Positions 12,673 through 25,560 of a DNA stretch of 64,000 nucleotides are shown in pieces (the first letter of the stretch is position 1; each line of letters opens with the position of its first letter). Both the position numbers and the translations under genes were made by a program. The stretch is from Octopus bimaculoides (Eukaryota). Location of the stretch: contig NC_068981.1 of the NCBI RefSeq assembly GCF_001194135.2, forward strand, positions 120,408,492 to 120,472,491, written 5' to 3'. Below the pieces are notes generated by a model. That model was not told the origin of the DNA and searched no databases. It saw nothing but the letters and a program-made list of their open reading frames with translations.

Positions 12673-13935
12673 CTTGCAGGAATGGAACACAAACACAACA
12701 ATGAATATTTTGGGAGAAAAATTAGGAACTTGGTAATATTTAATATGGAGTAGACATTTTACTTTCCTCTCTACCTGCTACCCTTGCCATGTTCCTCACA
12801 ATACCCTAGCATCTGTTCAAATTTAGCTAATGATGAAGACATGAAAACCAAATTATGCATCTGCCCTTTTGTTCAAGTAGATGTGATAGCCATGTGATGG
12901 TTAAAGGTTTCCAATGGGTCAGTCATAAAGAGAGCAACAAGAGGTTATCTGTGCAACTCGGGTGGAACAAACATCACAAATGATTTTCATTAAAAAAAAA
13001 CACTAGTTTATGAGAGTCCTTATCAATGTTTACATGTTTTACTACAAGATGCACACACATTTTTTTAATGTCCCCTTATCCATGCGTGCATGGGTAGGAT
13101 AGAGTTTATCGCACCAGATTTTCTCCAGCTGGCTACCCTTCCTGTTGGCAACCCTTAACTGTTTCCAAGCAAAGTAACATTTCCCCATTGTAAAACATGT
13201 TTTCACAGAACACTGGAAATGAAATGAAAGACATTACAAGTATGAGTGACAATCATTTATAACAATCATGTGATGACAAGATAAGGACACACACACACAC
13301 ACACGTTTTCTCTCTCTTTATTACTTTGCTTACTTATTTATCTGTGCTTACCGAACAACATTTATTTATTTATGTGTTTCAGCCAAGTGGCTGCGGTCAT
13401 GCTGGTGCATTGAATTACCCACATGACATTATTATGATTTTAAAATTCGACCCAGAACAATCCAGATGGAAATATCTTTATTACCAGCTGCATAAACTCA
13501 CAGGTCTTCAACCTGTAACTAGCTTGGCAAGTGCTAATGCATGAAACCCTCAGACCGTGAGTCACTCTGTTACTTCTTCTAAATATCAATAANNNNNNNN
13601 NNNNNNNNNNNNNNNNNNNNNNNNNNNNNNNNNNNNNNNNNNNNNNNNNNNNNNNNNNNNNNNNNNNNNNNNNNNNNNNNNNNNNNNNNNNNNNNNNNNN
13701 NNNNNNNNNNNNNNNNNNNNNNNNNNNNNNNNNNNNNNNNNNNNNNNNNNNNNNNNNNNNNNNNNNNNNNNNNNNNNNNNNNNNNNNNNNNNNNNNNNNN
13801 NNNNNNNNNNNNNNNNNNNNNNNNNNNNNNNNNNNNNNNNNNNNNNNNNNNNNNNNNNNNNNNNNNNNNNNNNNNNNNNNNNNNNNNNNNNNNNNNNNNN
13901 NNNNNNNNNNNNNNNNNNNNNNNNNNNNNNNNNNT

Positions 13936-15170
13936 GGTGTTGTGTTTAAAAAAGGCTGAGAGTTTATGTGTTAAACAGGAAGTGTGGTGTCAAAACAGGA
14001 AGTGTGTGTAAGGGAAGACAATTCTGTGGGTTTTATACTCTTTAGTTGGAGTTCTGGACTCTTTGTCAACAGGAAGTTTATGTCTGTTCTTAGAGAAACA
14101 AGAAGTAAACTTATATGTATTTCATTGGGTAGGCGATAGAAGGGAAAATGGTCACCGAGGAGTTTGTATGTTAAGAAGCGTTTGGAATTTCTCTATAAAA
14201 AGATTCTCCTTGTTGATTCTTTCTTGTGTAGAGATTCTGTCTTTACATTGATNNNNNNNNNNATAAAAAGATTCTCCTTGTTGATTCTTTCTTGTGTAGA
14301 GATTCTGTCTTTACATTGATAGAAAGGGAATATAAGGAACTTAGGGTTTTTATTTCTGGCGCAAGAGTCTATGTGGCTACTGAGTGGAATTTGGCAGTGT
14401 TGTGAAAGATTTATTTTTTCTTTATGGACTGCTACTCTTCTACGTCTGTCCGATATAGTTGTGTTGGCAACCTGCGCATGTGAGGACATAAATGAGGTTC
14501 TCGGAGGAACAAGGGAAATTGGTCTTGATTTTAAACCTTGTTCCTTGTTTGAAGGTAAATTCAGAGCCTTCAAGTAGGTCAGGGCAGGTACTACAGTAAG
14601 GGTGTGCACATTTTTTAACTGATGGGGGTGGAAGTGGTGTGTGTAGTTTGGCATTAGTTAAGAGTTTTTTTTCAAAGATTTGTGCTGCCTTTTGCATTTA
14701 AGGACTTTGTGTGTATTGATAATATTATTCATNNNNNNNNNNNNNNNNNNNNNNNNNNNNNNNNNNNNNNNNNNNNNNNNNNNNNNNNNNNNNNNNNNNT
14801 TCGGGTCTGTGGTGAGTAAGGGGAGGTCTTGTTTAATTGTGGTGTATGCTTCGATGTTTTTGGGGTTGTGGGTGGAGATGTATAGAAGTATTTTGGGGTT
14901 GGGTGTGTTACTGTGTTGGGTGGTTTTCAGTGTGTTTTTGTCAAGTTCCTTGGCACGTTTTATTCCAAAGTCTATGAGTGTGGAGGGATATTGGCGTTGT
15001 AATAGTGTTTTTTTGAGGTCTTGTAAGCGTATTTCTCAAGTGGTTGGGTCAGAGACAATGGTGCAAATTCTTTTAGCTAAATTGAAAGGGATATTTATCT
15101 TGGTGTGTTTTGGGTGGCATGAGCTGAATGTTGTGAATCTGTAGGTTTGTGGTAGATGTCGGTTGTGATT
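13936..15170 (-). mobile_element. Penelope-like retroelement, 3' portion related to the 62.7-kb copy
   Basis: INIPFNLAKRICTIVSDP, KKCAHPYCSTCP, NLIYVLTCAGCQHNYIGQT, HKEKI...IPLSSHID; interrupted by N gaps. Confidence 0.9.
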
Positions 15171-15311
15171 TGGTTATTAAGTGTTTTTATAATTAAGAGA
15201 TCAATACCTCCTATTTAGCTCTACTCTATCCAGGACATTTGTGATGCCATCACACTAAAGTAATTCTCCAACTTGTTTTTGTATGCAAGCATGGTTAAGA
15301 GTGATTCTTAC

Positions 15312-15400
15312 CTGGCTACAGAAGGTCCATAAATGGAACGGATGTTATCAGTATGGGAAGCAGTGCTTGAAGTCCTCACATCGGCTGTAGTGTCACCATG
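15312..15400 (-). CDS. MLH1: MLH1 coding exon (human exon 8 equivalent), 89 nt: HGDTTADVRTSSTASHTDNIRSIYGPSVAR
   Basis: ttccacag acceptor, gtaag donor; aligns to human [30 protein letters not shown]; follows a 20.3-kb intron. Confidence 0.95.
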
Positions 15401-16020
15401 CTGTGGAAAGGTATCATGTAAAAGGTAAATGACAGAGAGAACAGATTATAAATATAAATCTGGTAGACACAACTTAAGCAGTATTTAATCAGAACAACCA
15501 TCAACATACCATAATCTTTTCTACTCTAGGTTCAAGGCTCGAAATTTTTGGGGAGGGGGCCAGTTGATTAGATTGACTCCAGTGCTCAACTGGTACTTAA
15601 TTTATTGACTCTAAAAGAATGAAAGGTAAAGTCGACTTCGGTGGAATTTGAGCTCAGAATGTAAAGACAGATGAATACCGCTAAGCATTTTGCCCGGCAT
15701 GGTAACGTTTCTTATTTCTTTATTGCCCACAAGGGGCTAAATATAGAGGGGACAAACAAGGACAGACAAAGGGATTAAGTCGATTACATTGACCCCAGTG
15801 CATAACTGGTACTTAATTTATCAACCCTGAAAGGATGAAAGGCAAAGTTGACCTAGGCGGAATTTGAACTCAGAACATAACAGCAGGCGAAATACTGCTT
15901 AGCATTTCGCCCGGCATGCTAACGATTCTGCCAGTTCACTGCCTAATCAAAATGTATACACATTGTTGATAGGCTGATATGTGGAAGACTATTTTAATTA
16001 AATACCACATCAACTGAATA

Positions 16021-16817
16021 CGAGGTGATATCAAGAAGTTCCTGAACTAATTCTGTAGTGTGCCAACAGATGGCAGCATACAATTGTATGCCTAGTGAGA
16101 GCTAGCAGTAACTTTCATGAGGCAGTGTGCCGAGTGACATCACAGTGTTTAATTCGCAAGTTGTAAAATTTGTGTTTTTGTGATCACATGTATACTGTAG
16201 TCTATGATTTTGACAGGAACATGTACAGGAACAAAGAGCTAATGTGAAATTTTGCATTAAACTTGGGAAATTTGCTACAGAGACATTGAACATGCTTCGG
16301 CAAGCTCACAGCAACAATGCAATGGGTTGTACACAATGTTTTGAGTGGCATGAGTGCTTTAAAAGCAGAAGAATGTCCCTGGAAGACGATGAATGATCTG
16401 GAAGACGATGAATGATCTGGAAGAACTGCCATGAGCGTCACCCCCAGAAATGTGATATTGTGTATCGAGAATTTGTCCCCAGGGTCAGACCATCAATTGA
16501 GAGTTCTACTGCAACATTTTGAAGCATTTGAGAGAGGACATCTTGCAAAGGCGACTGGATCTGTGGAGGGCAAAGAATTGGATTCTTCGCCAAGCTCTCC
16601 TTACTCACGAGTTTCTCGCCCAAAACTACTAGTCACCAAATTTAGCACCTGTGGACTTCCATCTCTTCCCCAAAATGAAAATGCATCTCAAAGGTCACTG
16701 TTTTAACATCTCTGTTGAGATCCAGAGTGAATTGCTGAAGGTCCTTGTCTCACTTATGGAAAACGACTTCCAAGCCAGATTCCATAACTAGTCTGGGAAC
16801 CTTTTGATACCACCTGA
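16021..16817 (+). mobile_element. Internally deleted mariner element
   Basis: TA-flanked degenerate TIRs (cgaggtgatatcaagaagttcc / ggaaccttttgataccacctga); N-terminal transposase relic EQRANVKFCIKLGK.ATETLNML; 19-bp tandem duplication at 16381-16418. Confidence 0.85.
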
Positions 16818-18138
16818 TATACCAGACTTTTAATCAACAAGGCAGCTATTCACAACGTCAATGAATGTTTTGTTCACATTTTCCTATGTCAGAGACAATA
16901 AATTTTCAGCCAAACATGTAGCTGGCTGTGAATAGATGTATTAAAAATACCTAAAAAGGCTGAAATGCATCTGGTACCCTCACTGACAGCTGCTGGGGTT
17001 AATTTTTGTCCCTCTTTGATATTTATTGTTTTTAACACAGCAAGTCCATTAGAGATGTCGTCTCAGGACAAATACAACTGGCCTATTAACAACATGTATA
17101 TGTTAAGTATGACAATTAACTATTTTACATTATATTTATTTACTACATACAATAGTGTGATAACTGTAGTCAACTGTCTGCTCTATATTGTAAAGAATAA
17201 CAAGATTATATTGTATGAAGTACATTACAAAGATTAAAACAACAACAACAACCACCGCCACTGCCGCCACCACCACCATCATCATAATTTAATGTCTGTT
17301 GTCCATGCTGGCAGTGACTGTGTAGTAAGAAGCTTACTTTCCAACCACATGGATGCAGGTTCAGTTCCACTGCATGGTACCTTGGGCAAGTGTCTTTTAA
17401 TATAGCCTCAGGCCAACCAAAGGCTTGTAAGTGGATTTGGTAAACGGAAACTGAAAGAAGCTTGTCATATATATATATATATAGACATTTATATATATAC
17501 ATATATCCATATGTGTGTGTATGTCTCCAAAACTTAGCAGTTCAGCAAAAAGAAATCAATAAAATATGTATGAGGCTTTAAAAAAATAAGTACTGGGGTC
17601 AATTCATTCAACTAAAAATTCTTCAAGGCAGAGCCCCAGCATGGCTGCAGTCAAATGACTGAAACAAGTAAAATAGAAAAGATGTATATGACAAACCTAG
17701 TGTTAGGAATTGCAGTTGACATCTCTTGTTTATGATGGAATATGATAAATGATATTTAGCTAAATGGATGATAAACCTTGGGGAAAGTTCTTCAACTGTT
17801 GCCTCAGGTTGACCAATGGGTTTTTAGTGGAATTAAGTACACAAAGACTGTGCAGAAGCCAATTGTGTGTGTGTGTGTGCTAGTGTGCATGTGCATGTAT
17901 ACATACACACATACATCTATATACATATATGAGGGGGTGCTGAAAAGATCATGGCCTTGGGTAAAAGAAATTACAGGAAAATCAGTTAATTATGATTTTA
18001 TTTAACATACTCCCCTCTTAAATTCACACACTTATTGCAGCAGCTCTTCAATTTTTCTAAGCCCTGTAAAAGAACTTGGAAGGTTGAGCCTCCCACCAGG
18101 CCTTTGTGATACCCGGTACTTTTCAGTAACTCCTTGCG

Positions 18139-18170
<32 letters not shown>

Positions 18171-18171
<1 letters not shown>

Positions 18172-18389
18172 ATGAGAGGATGGTTAAAAGTTCCTGGCTT
18201 TGGGTAAAAGAAAATACAAGAAGATCAGTTAATATGATTTCATTCAACATATTCCCCGCTCAGATTCACACACTTATTGCAGCAGTTCTTCAGTTCTCTA
18301 AGCATAGTAAAAGAACTCAGAAGGTTGGGCTGCCAACCAGGCCTTTCGTGATATTGTTAAAGCTAGGAACTTTTAAGTACCCCCTTGTA
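18171..18389 (+). mobile_element. Mariner-type MITE (~220 bp); related copies at ~17928-18118 and 46962-47145 (opposite orientation)
   Basis: TA-flanked terminal inverted repeats (tgagaggatggttaaaagttcctggcttt / aaagctaggaacttttaagtacccccttgta) and a shared internal sequence among the copies. Confidence 0.8.
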
Positions 18390-19351
18390 TGCAGAACTTA
18401 TATGGCCACATGATATGTATAAAGATTAAAAAAAAAGCACCGAGTACATTGTGTAAAGTGGTAGGCATTAGGAAGGGCATCCAGCTGGATGGACGGACAG
18501 ATGGGCTGACTGATGCCTGCCTGCCTGCCTGCCTGCCTGCCTATCTATTTGTACATATGTATATGAATGAAGACAGTGGCATCAAGAGGTGCTGATCTCT
18601 AATTGTAGAGGAAATATGTGGAAGGAGTAGACCCACAAAGATATGGGACAAAATGGTGAGAAAGGATCTACAAACATTGGGACTCACAGAGGGGATGCTG
18701 TGTTGGAAAAGACATATCAAGCTAAGTAAAAGCGTGGTTGCCCTTGCAAACCTCTGCAGCTAAGCACCCCTAATTTTGTGGGCTTGTAAGTGCCTGGTGC
18801 CATGTAAAAAGCACCCATATTAGTACTGTGTAAAAGCACCCAGTACATTCTGTAAAGTGGTTGGCATTAAGAAGGGCATCCAGCTGTAGAAACCATTCCA
18901 AAACAGATATGGAGTCTGAACAGCCCTTCAGCTGGCCAGCTCCTATTAAACTGTCCAACCCATGCCAGCATGGAAAATGGACATTAAATGATGATGAACA
19001 GTATATCTGATTTCCTTTAATTATTCAAAAATATTATATACTGAACATATTTACACATACACATACAGAGGTGTAGCCAGGTGCTAAAGTTAGTGGGTGT
19101 GAGGACGTAAAAAAAAAAGTGCTGTGACATATACCAAACGATTTTTAACTCATTTCTCTCATATTACATAAAACAATTCATTGTAATATATGTAATTGTA
19201 TTCTACATTCATTAATTTCATGTCTCAGTAACAACGCAAAATAATCAAAAATAGAAAAAGACTATTAATCTGGGGAGCAATTTTCACTTACAAACTATGT
19301 AAGGGGACTTTAATGAATGTGACACTGAACATTTATAAAATGCATGCATGC

Positions 19352-19656
19352 ATTCTTTAAATGAAAATATGTACACAACAGCTCAACCACATATTTACAA
19401 ACCTTGGGAACTCAAAAAGTCATACTGTTTTGTTAGCAACCAGTTTGAATTTCATTAAGAACTTAAATCTCAAGAAAATAATACATGCATGCATGTATGT
19501 ATGTGTATATGTATGTATGTATGTATGTTTTTCTTGAGATTTAAGTTCTTAATGAAGTTCAACCTGGTTGCTAAGAAAATTGTATAACTTTTTTAGTTCC
19601 CAGGGTTTATAAAAAATGTGGTTGAGTTGATTTGTGCATATATTCATTTAAAGAAT
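19352..19656. repeat. MITE-like palindrome, ~130-bp arms around a TGCA/TATG microsatellite
   Basis: attctttaaatgaa...ctcaagaaaa (19352-19478) versus ttttcttgag...ttcatttaaagaat (to 19656). Confidence 0.88.
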
Positions 19657-19837
19657 CTCAGATGGAGAATCTTTGGAATGAGTTAGAAATTTTCAATATG
19701 CCATTAATAGATTGAATTTGGAGGATGCGCATCAGATTCCTTTGCTCTTATGTATGTATGTATGTATGTACACACACACACATATACATACATATATGAA
19801 CACATGTACATACATACATATATATATACACACACAA

Positions 19838-19886
<49 letters not shown>

Positions 19887-20354
19887 ATGTTTACATGTCT
19901 GTGTGTATGGGTGTATGTTACAACAAAGATTATTTATAACAAAACTGAACCTTAACAAACTCAATCAATGTCAAGGAATGTGTCAAAGAATTATTTAGAA
20001 GGAACTGAAATTAGAGACCTTAATCGAATCAATAAAGTTTCAATTTACAACCACATGATATGTCAAACTAGATTTTGATTTTGTGTCAAGGCTATGAAAA
20101 TAATTAAAAACAGACAAAATAAAAATTACCAACAAAAACTCAAGTACAGTCAGTCTCAGGCAACAATCATTTCTAAGTTAGCTTTTTAACTTCTTAGCAA
20201 TCATTATTCGAATCAGAAGGGATTGTGTATTTAAGAGTTTGCAAATGAATGTGCGTGGGTGTGAATATGTAATTAATCTCTTCTGTCTCACTCTCACAAC
20301 AAAAACAAAATTCATGTGATAAGTTGATGAATTCAGCCTGCATCTATTATCCTG

Positions 20355-20800
20355 CAGCCATAGTGTGGGCCAGCTCCTCCAACATGCTACTCTGAATGAT
20401 ATAATTAGAAGAGGTCTCGATGCAGCTGGCTTCCTGTCTCAACTGGAGCCAGTACATCTCGACCATAGAGATGGTGAGCTCTCTGACAAAATAACAAGGG
20501 GGGCAGTGACATGTTCTCTGGCTCCAACCTTGTTGCATCAGTCACATGAAACACAGGAGAGAAAAATAGATAAATAAATATAGGATCCTGTCCGGCTGCC
20601 GTCAGTTTATGATGATTACTGCCAAGACCTCAGATGTTCTCAGAGCCTGCACTGCTAGTTTCCTCCACAAAATCAGGATAACTAGCCTGTCTGAGAAATG
20701 AGCCCCGTGATGTGGGGTGATTGTTGTAGCAAGTGTCACTGGGCATTCTCCATGGCAAATGCTTTTGCAGTCATGTCTGCAAGGCACGGTTAAACATACC
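20355..20800. mobile_element. Fragments of the C-terminus of an RLE-type (CRE/R2-superclade) non-LTR retrotransposon, in two orientations
   Basis: Plus strand HATLNDIIRRGLDAAGFLSQLEPVHLDHRDG resembles RH..LNDII.RAL..AG.PS.LEP.GL.R.DG; a weaker minus-strand VEET...KLTAA..DP match lies at 20585-20670. Confidence 0.55.
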
Positions 20801-21720
20801 ATTTTTTTCAAGGACAAACTCCCTTTTCCCATCTTCTGCTGCTTAATCCCCACTTTTTATCTTTTGCTTTGTTTTTTGCTATTTCTATAAGTTTGAGAAA
20901 CTACTTAAAAGGTCCTTTATTGGCAAGGAAGAAGCTAATTAGTTATGTCTAATTAGTTTTGAAGTTGAGTGTAGTGAAACAACAGTAGGTTGTGTGAAGA
21001 AGGAGTGGTAGATGGGTGAAAGGTAGAGTGTGATGTTGCTTGTTAGTAAGACATGGGTACTGAACATAGAAGATTGGAGAGAAATGGTATGAAATGTATA
21101 TCTATTGGGTGTATAAAGTGACTTCTGTATATAAAGCAGAGCAGTAATAGCCTGAGTGAATGACATTTTGAATTCAAGGCATTAGCGTAAGTGTGCAAGA
21201 GAGACAATCATGCTGCTATGGACTTGATATGTTATTGGGTAACGGAGACGTGCAGAAAAAAATGTCATATGCAATCAGTATGACGGTAACTATAGGAAAA
21301 GGGAGACTGACAATGATGAAAGACCAAGATGTGTGATAATGTTCTTCATAGTAATTAAACTGAAATTCAATTTTAATGTAAATAAAATATGTAAATTACT
21401 TAATGTGTGGTAAGTTATATTGAAATTTTCAAATTGAAAAAGCGAGCTTGGTAGATTATGGGATAGAATACCTTGTTGTATTTGGTTTCCCAAATACAAA
21501 TGTTTCCAGGTCCATTGTTACCTTTCAATTTTCTCAGATCAATAAAATAAATTATCATACATTAAAATAAGTAAGAGCAGGATTATCATCAAAGATTATT
21601 TACATCTTTGATTGTCCTCAGTTTCTGGTGTATTTATCAAGTAATTTTGAGAATTTCATTCCAGTGCAGTATATATTTTCTATTCTTAACCACACACACA
21701 CATACACACACACACACATA

Positions 21721-22551
21721 CAGGGTGTGGTGAATAAACTGTCGTCTAAATTACACAAAAATGATAATAATACTGACACACCTCATCTTAACAGATATAT
21801 TTACCAAAATTACATAAAAATATCTTCAAATAGTAAAGAGTAAATTTATTCAATAAAATCGCCATTGGCTTCAACCACGGCCTCCAGACAACTTTTCTGG
21901 ATGGTCTCCTTGTTTAAGTTGGTGAATGCTGCCATAATCCTTCCCTTCAGTTCATCTTTGGTGTTACAAGGAGTTTTGCTGGTCTCTCGATCAACTGCGC
22001 CCCACACATAATAATCAAGGAGGTCGAAGTCTGGGGAGTTAGGTGGCTTGATGTTAGGGGTGATGTGGTTGCAGAAATTGTCTGACAGCTATGACTGGAT
22101 TCTCCTACTTGTGTGACATGATGCAGAGTCCAGTTGCCTGACATAGGATCTTCCAGCAGCCACCCTCTTGACGCAGGGCAGCACTACCTCCCGTAGGCAC
22201 TTGATGTAGGCCTCCATGTTGAATGTGAGGCCGTGTGAGAAGATGAATGAAGGCATAATATCTCCATCACTAGTGATCATTCCACACACCATGATGTTGA
22301 CTGGATGTTTGATTTTTATCACTCTCGGTACATGTCCTCAGATTGACACCCAAACACTCTGAAATGTTCGTATTGGAGCTTCTGGCATGAGTGCCAAGCA
22401 GTACAGTATGTTGTTTCCAAATTTTTGGTGGAGTGAATTGTGTCATAGTACTGTTTTTCCCAACTGACCCCACTATACTGTGTAGTTGACAAAATCCAAA
22501 ACAATGCACATACATGAAATTAAAAATATAAAATGGCAACAATTTACCTTG
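21721..22551 (-). mobile_element. Deleted, decayed DD37D (maT-like) Tc1/mariner element
   Basis: Joined minus-strand frame reads KHPVNIMVCG...QLDSASCHTSRRIQS*LSDNFCNHITPNIKPPNSPDFDLLDYYVWG, with 37 residues between the last two Asp. Left TIR is TA-flanked (cagggtgtggtgaataaactgtc); right TIR is truncated. Confidence 0.85.
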
Positions 22552-22888
22552 TACATACATACATATATACATACATACAGACATACACATGCATTTGTTT
22601 TGTAATATTGCTGATGTGAAATTGTGTGTTGAAACAGAAATTGTTATATTTGGGGCTGGTCATATTGTTTGCCAATTAGCAACATGCACTTTATACTTGT
22701 TCACTTCAGCTTTCTTATTATTATTCTTATTTTAGTGTCCTTTGTCTGAAATCTTTCATCATACATCCTGTGACCTCTTTAGCGATTCTCCATCCTACAT
22801 GCCTCCTCCTGTCTTGACAGAAAGAAAGAATAGACTAAACAGAATTTTTTAATATAAATTCCATCCAAGGATTATTATTGTTATAACT

Positions 22889-22920
<32 letters not shown>

Positions 22921-22929
22921 ACTACACAT

Positions 22930-23081
22930 TAAAGAGATGACAGGAAAAAATGATTATCTTATAAACTTCATTAGCTTACAGCTGTTTCTACTATAAGATG
23001 CAGTGGACTCAGATGCAGTGAAACAGCTGTAAGCTAATGAAGTTCATATGATAATCATTTATTCCTGTGTCATCTCTCTTA
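22930..23081. repeat. Small fold-back element: ~60-bp inverted arms, 31-nt spacer
   Basis: 22930-22988 pairs with 23020-23081 (aacttcattagcttacagctgtttc / gaaacagctgtaagctaatgaagtt). Confidence 0.9.
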
Positions 23082-23739
23082 TACTGCTCTATACTCAGCT
23101 AACACTTCGTTCTGGAACATACATATATTGAGTTCTACACCAGGTTATTAGTTTCACAATGCCTAAGCAAAATAATACACACACACACACAGTGAGAGAA
23201 GTTTAGTTAAACCTCATATTTGTGTATCACAGTGACTACAGGTCTTATTTAATGGGCTGGATATATATTATTCAGGTGACTCATTTCTTCAATATAGGCT
23301 GATTTATTGGTTTACCAATAAATTAACTTATCAGAAATCTAGTATAGTCATAAATATTGTAAAAAACATAAAAGATTCACCTGTAAAGATGAGGTTAATA
23401 ATCTGAAGAATTATAATCTCTCTCTCTCTGCCTGTCCGTCTCTGTGTGTCTTTCCTGTCTGATGTAGTAACATAAAGTGGTTGCTTTGGCTACTACAACT
23501 ACTACTATTTAACAACATAATCATCCCCCGATGCACACACACACATATATATATATATATATAGAAAGGTGGGGGCTAATCATTTACCTCAACCTCAGTG
23601 CTCAACTGGTACTTATTTTATTGACTCCAAAAGGACGAAAGGCAAAGCTGACCATGACAATATTTGAACTCAGAGTGTAAAGCTGGAAGGAATGCCACTA
23701 AGCATTTTCTCCAGTGTGGTAACGACCCTCCAACTTGCA

Positions 23740-23782
<43 letters not shown>

Positions 23783-23888
23783 CGGGTTATAGATAACTAA
23801 ATTACAACAAGTATATAGTCCATTTTTTTGTATTATAGTGCATTGTTGTACCATTCAAAACATTTTATTCTTTACAACAATAATAATG

Positions 23889-23933
<45 letters not shown>

Positions 23934-24479
23934 TTGTTTTAATGGCCACTTATCAATACTTGCATTGGTCATTTGAAATTTGTTGAGATAGATTTTCTAT
24001 GGGTGGATGCATTCCTTGTTACCAACTTGACAGGTTTCCATAGAAGGTGGGAAATTAATGGCATTACATATATGGTGGTGAAACTTGTTTACAACTATCA
24101 CATGATACCAAGATGAGGAAGTGCAAACACACACATGTTCATATATATATATTTTAAATGATTGATAGGGAAGTCAGAGTGTACTGTACACTTTATTTAG
24201 CACAATGATTGTTTTGGCTTACACATAGGTTGGGGAACAATATAATGGAATTGAATGCACCCCACAGTGTAGAAGAAACCTCATCAGGCACACTACTAGA
24301 GGCATACCCAAAACAAGGTTTGGATATGACACCTTAAAGTCTCCTATTTAAACTTTAATTTTAAACATAACCATATATACAGATAATTTTTTTTTATCAG
24401 ATTCAGCTCAAAGCTGTGGCCATGCTGGGGCACCAGTGTTTTGCTACACTGTTATTATTGAGAGCCTCCTCTGATATGT

Positions 24480-25560
24480 GACATTTAGTGAATAAGGGAG
24501 TTTGATGTCGCTGCCTTCATTTGTGCCTCCTGCCACGAGGTAGGTTCATCTGGGACTCTTGACAGGAAGAGATCCAGTTTTGATTTGAAAATACCTACAT
24601 CCACTTTGTGTAGGTCCCTCAGGCTCTTTGGGAGAATATTAAAAAGCTGAGGGCCCCTTGAAACCAAAGCTGTTGCAGTAACTGGTCCTGAAGCACAAAG
24701 ACATTGTTGGGATCTTTCACACTGTGTAGTGGCGACCTGTTCTGGCATTTGTGTAGCTTTCAATGCTAAAATTTGGCACAATCCCTTCCAGGATCTTCTA
24801 GATGTATATTACTGCATATCTCTCCTGCCTTCGCTCCAGGGAGTAGAGTCTTAGCTGTTTCAGCCTTTCCTAGTAGCTGAGCTGTTGCAATGAGATGATC
24901 TTTGTGAAGCTTTGCTAGATTGCTTCAAGGTCTGCTGTTAATTTTACACTGTGGGGTAACCATAGTTGGGAGCAATAATCCAGGTGGTTGAGGACGAATG
25001 TCCTCCAGAGTACCATTATGGTGTCCTTCTCTTTGGTTCTGAAGGTTCCCAGGATCCAGCCAGCTATCCGTCTGTACTTTATTACCATTTTAGTAATGTG
25101 CACTTGGAGAGAGGTATCATCACTCATGTCGATACCCAAGTCCTGCACTGATTTAGGTTCTGGGATTGTAAAGCCCTGTAGACCAGTGTACCCTGTAAGT
25201 TTTACGTTCAGTTTTGAGCACTAGTAGCACAAGGCTTGGAATTTTTCAGCATTAAACTGCATATCATGGTCCTCAGTCCATCTGTAAATTGAGTCCAACT
25301 CCTGCTGCAGGCATGCAACATCACTAGGGTTTTGTATTTTCTGCAAGACATTCATATCATCTGTGTAGCTAGCAAGGGTGGCTATCCGGGTAGCTGAGGG
25401 TGTATCTGAGAGGGCCACTATGAAAAGCAGTGGTCCCAAGATAGTGCCCTGGAGAACACCACTCACTATTTGTGTTTTCCTTGAGGTGGATCCATTGGCC
25501 ACCACTGCCCGACTTCTATCTTTCAGAAAGTCATATAACCACTCTCCAAGTTTTCCAGCT
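24480..25560 (-). mobile_element. CR1/L2-clade LINE, 5'-truncated RT fragment
   Basis: SGVLQGTILGPLLF, SYTDD, QFNAEKFQ, LDYCSQLW, RGPQLFNILP...VPDEP...NSLIH across several frames. Confidence 0.88.

Noticed and set aside
12673-12675. AAG acceptor of the 113-nt MLH1 exon
   Set aside because: A less common but permitted 3' splice site; exon length and phase match the human exon, so it is not anomalous.
14203-14320. Apparent ~58-bp direct repeat either side of a 10-N gap; similar duplications at 8122-8180/8401-8455 and 29060-29200
   Set aside because: Identical sequence flanking small gaps indicates unmerged contig overlap, not biology.
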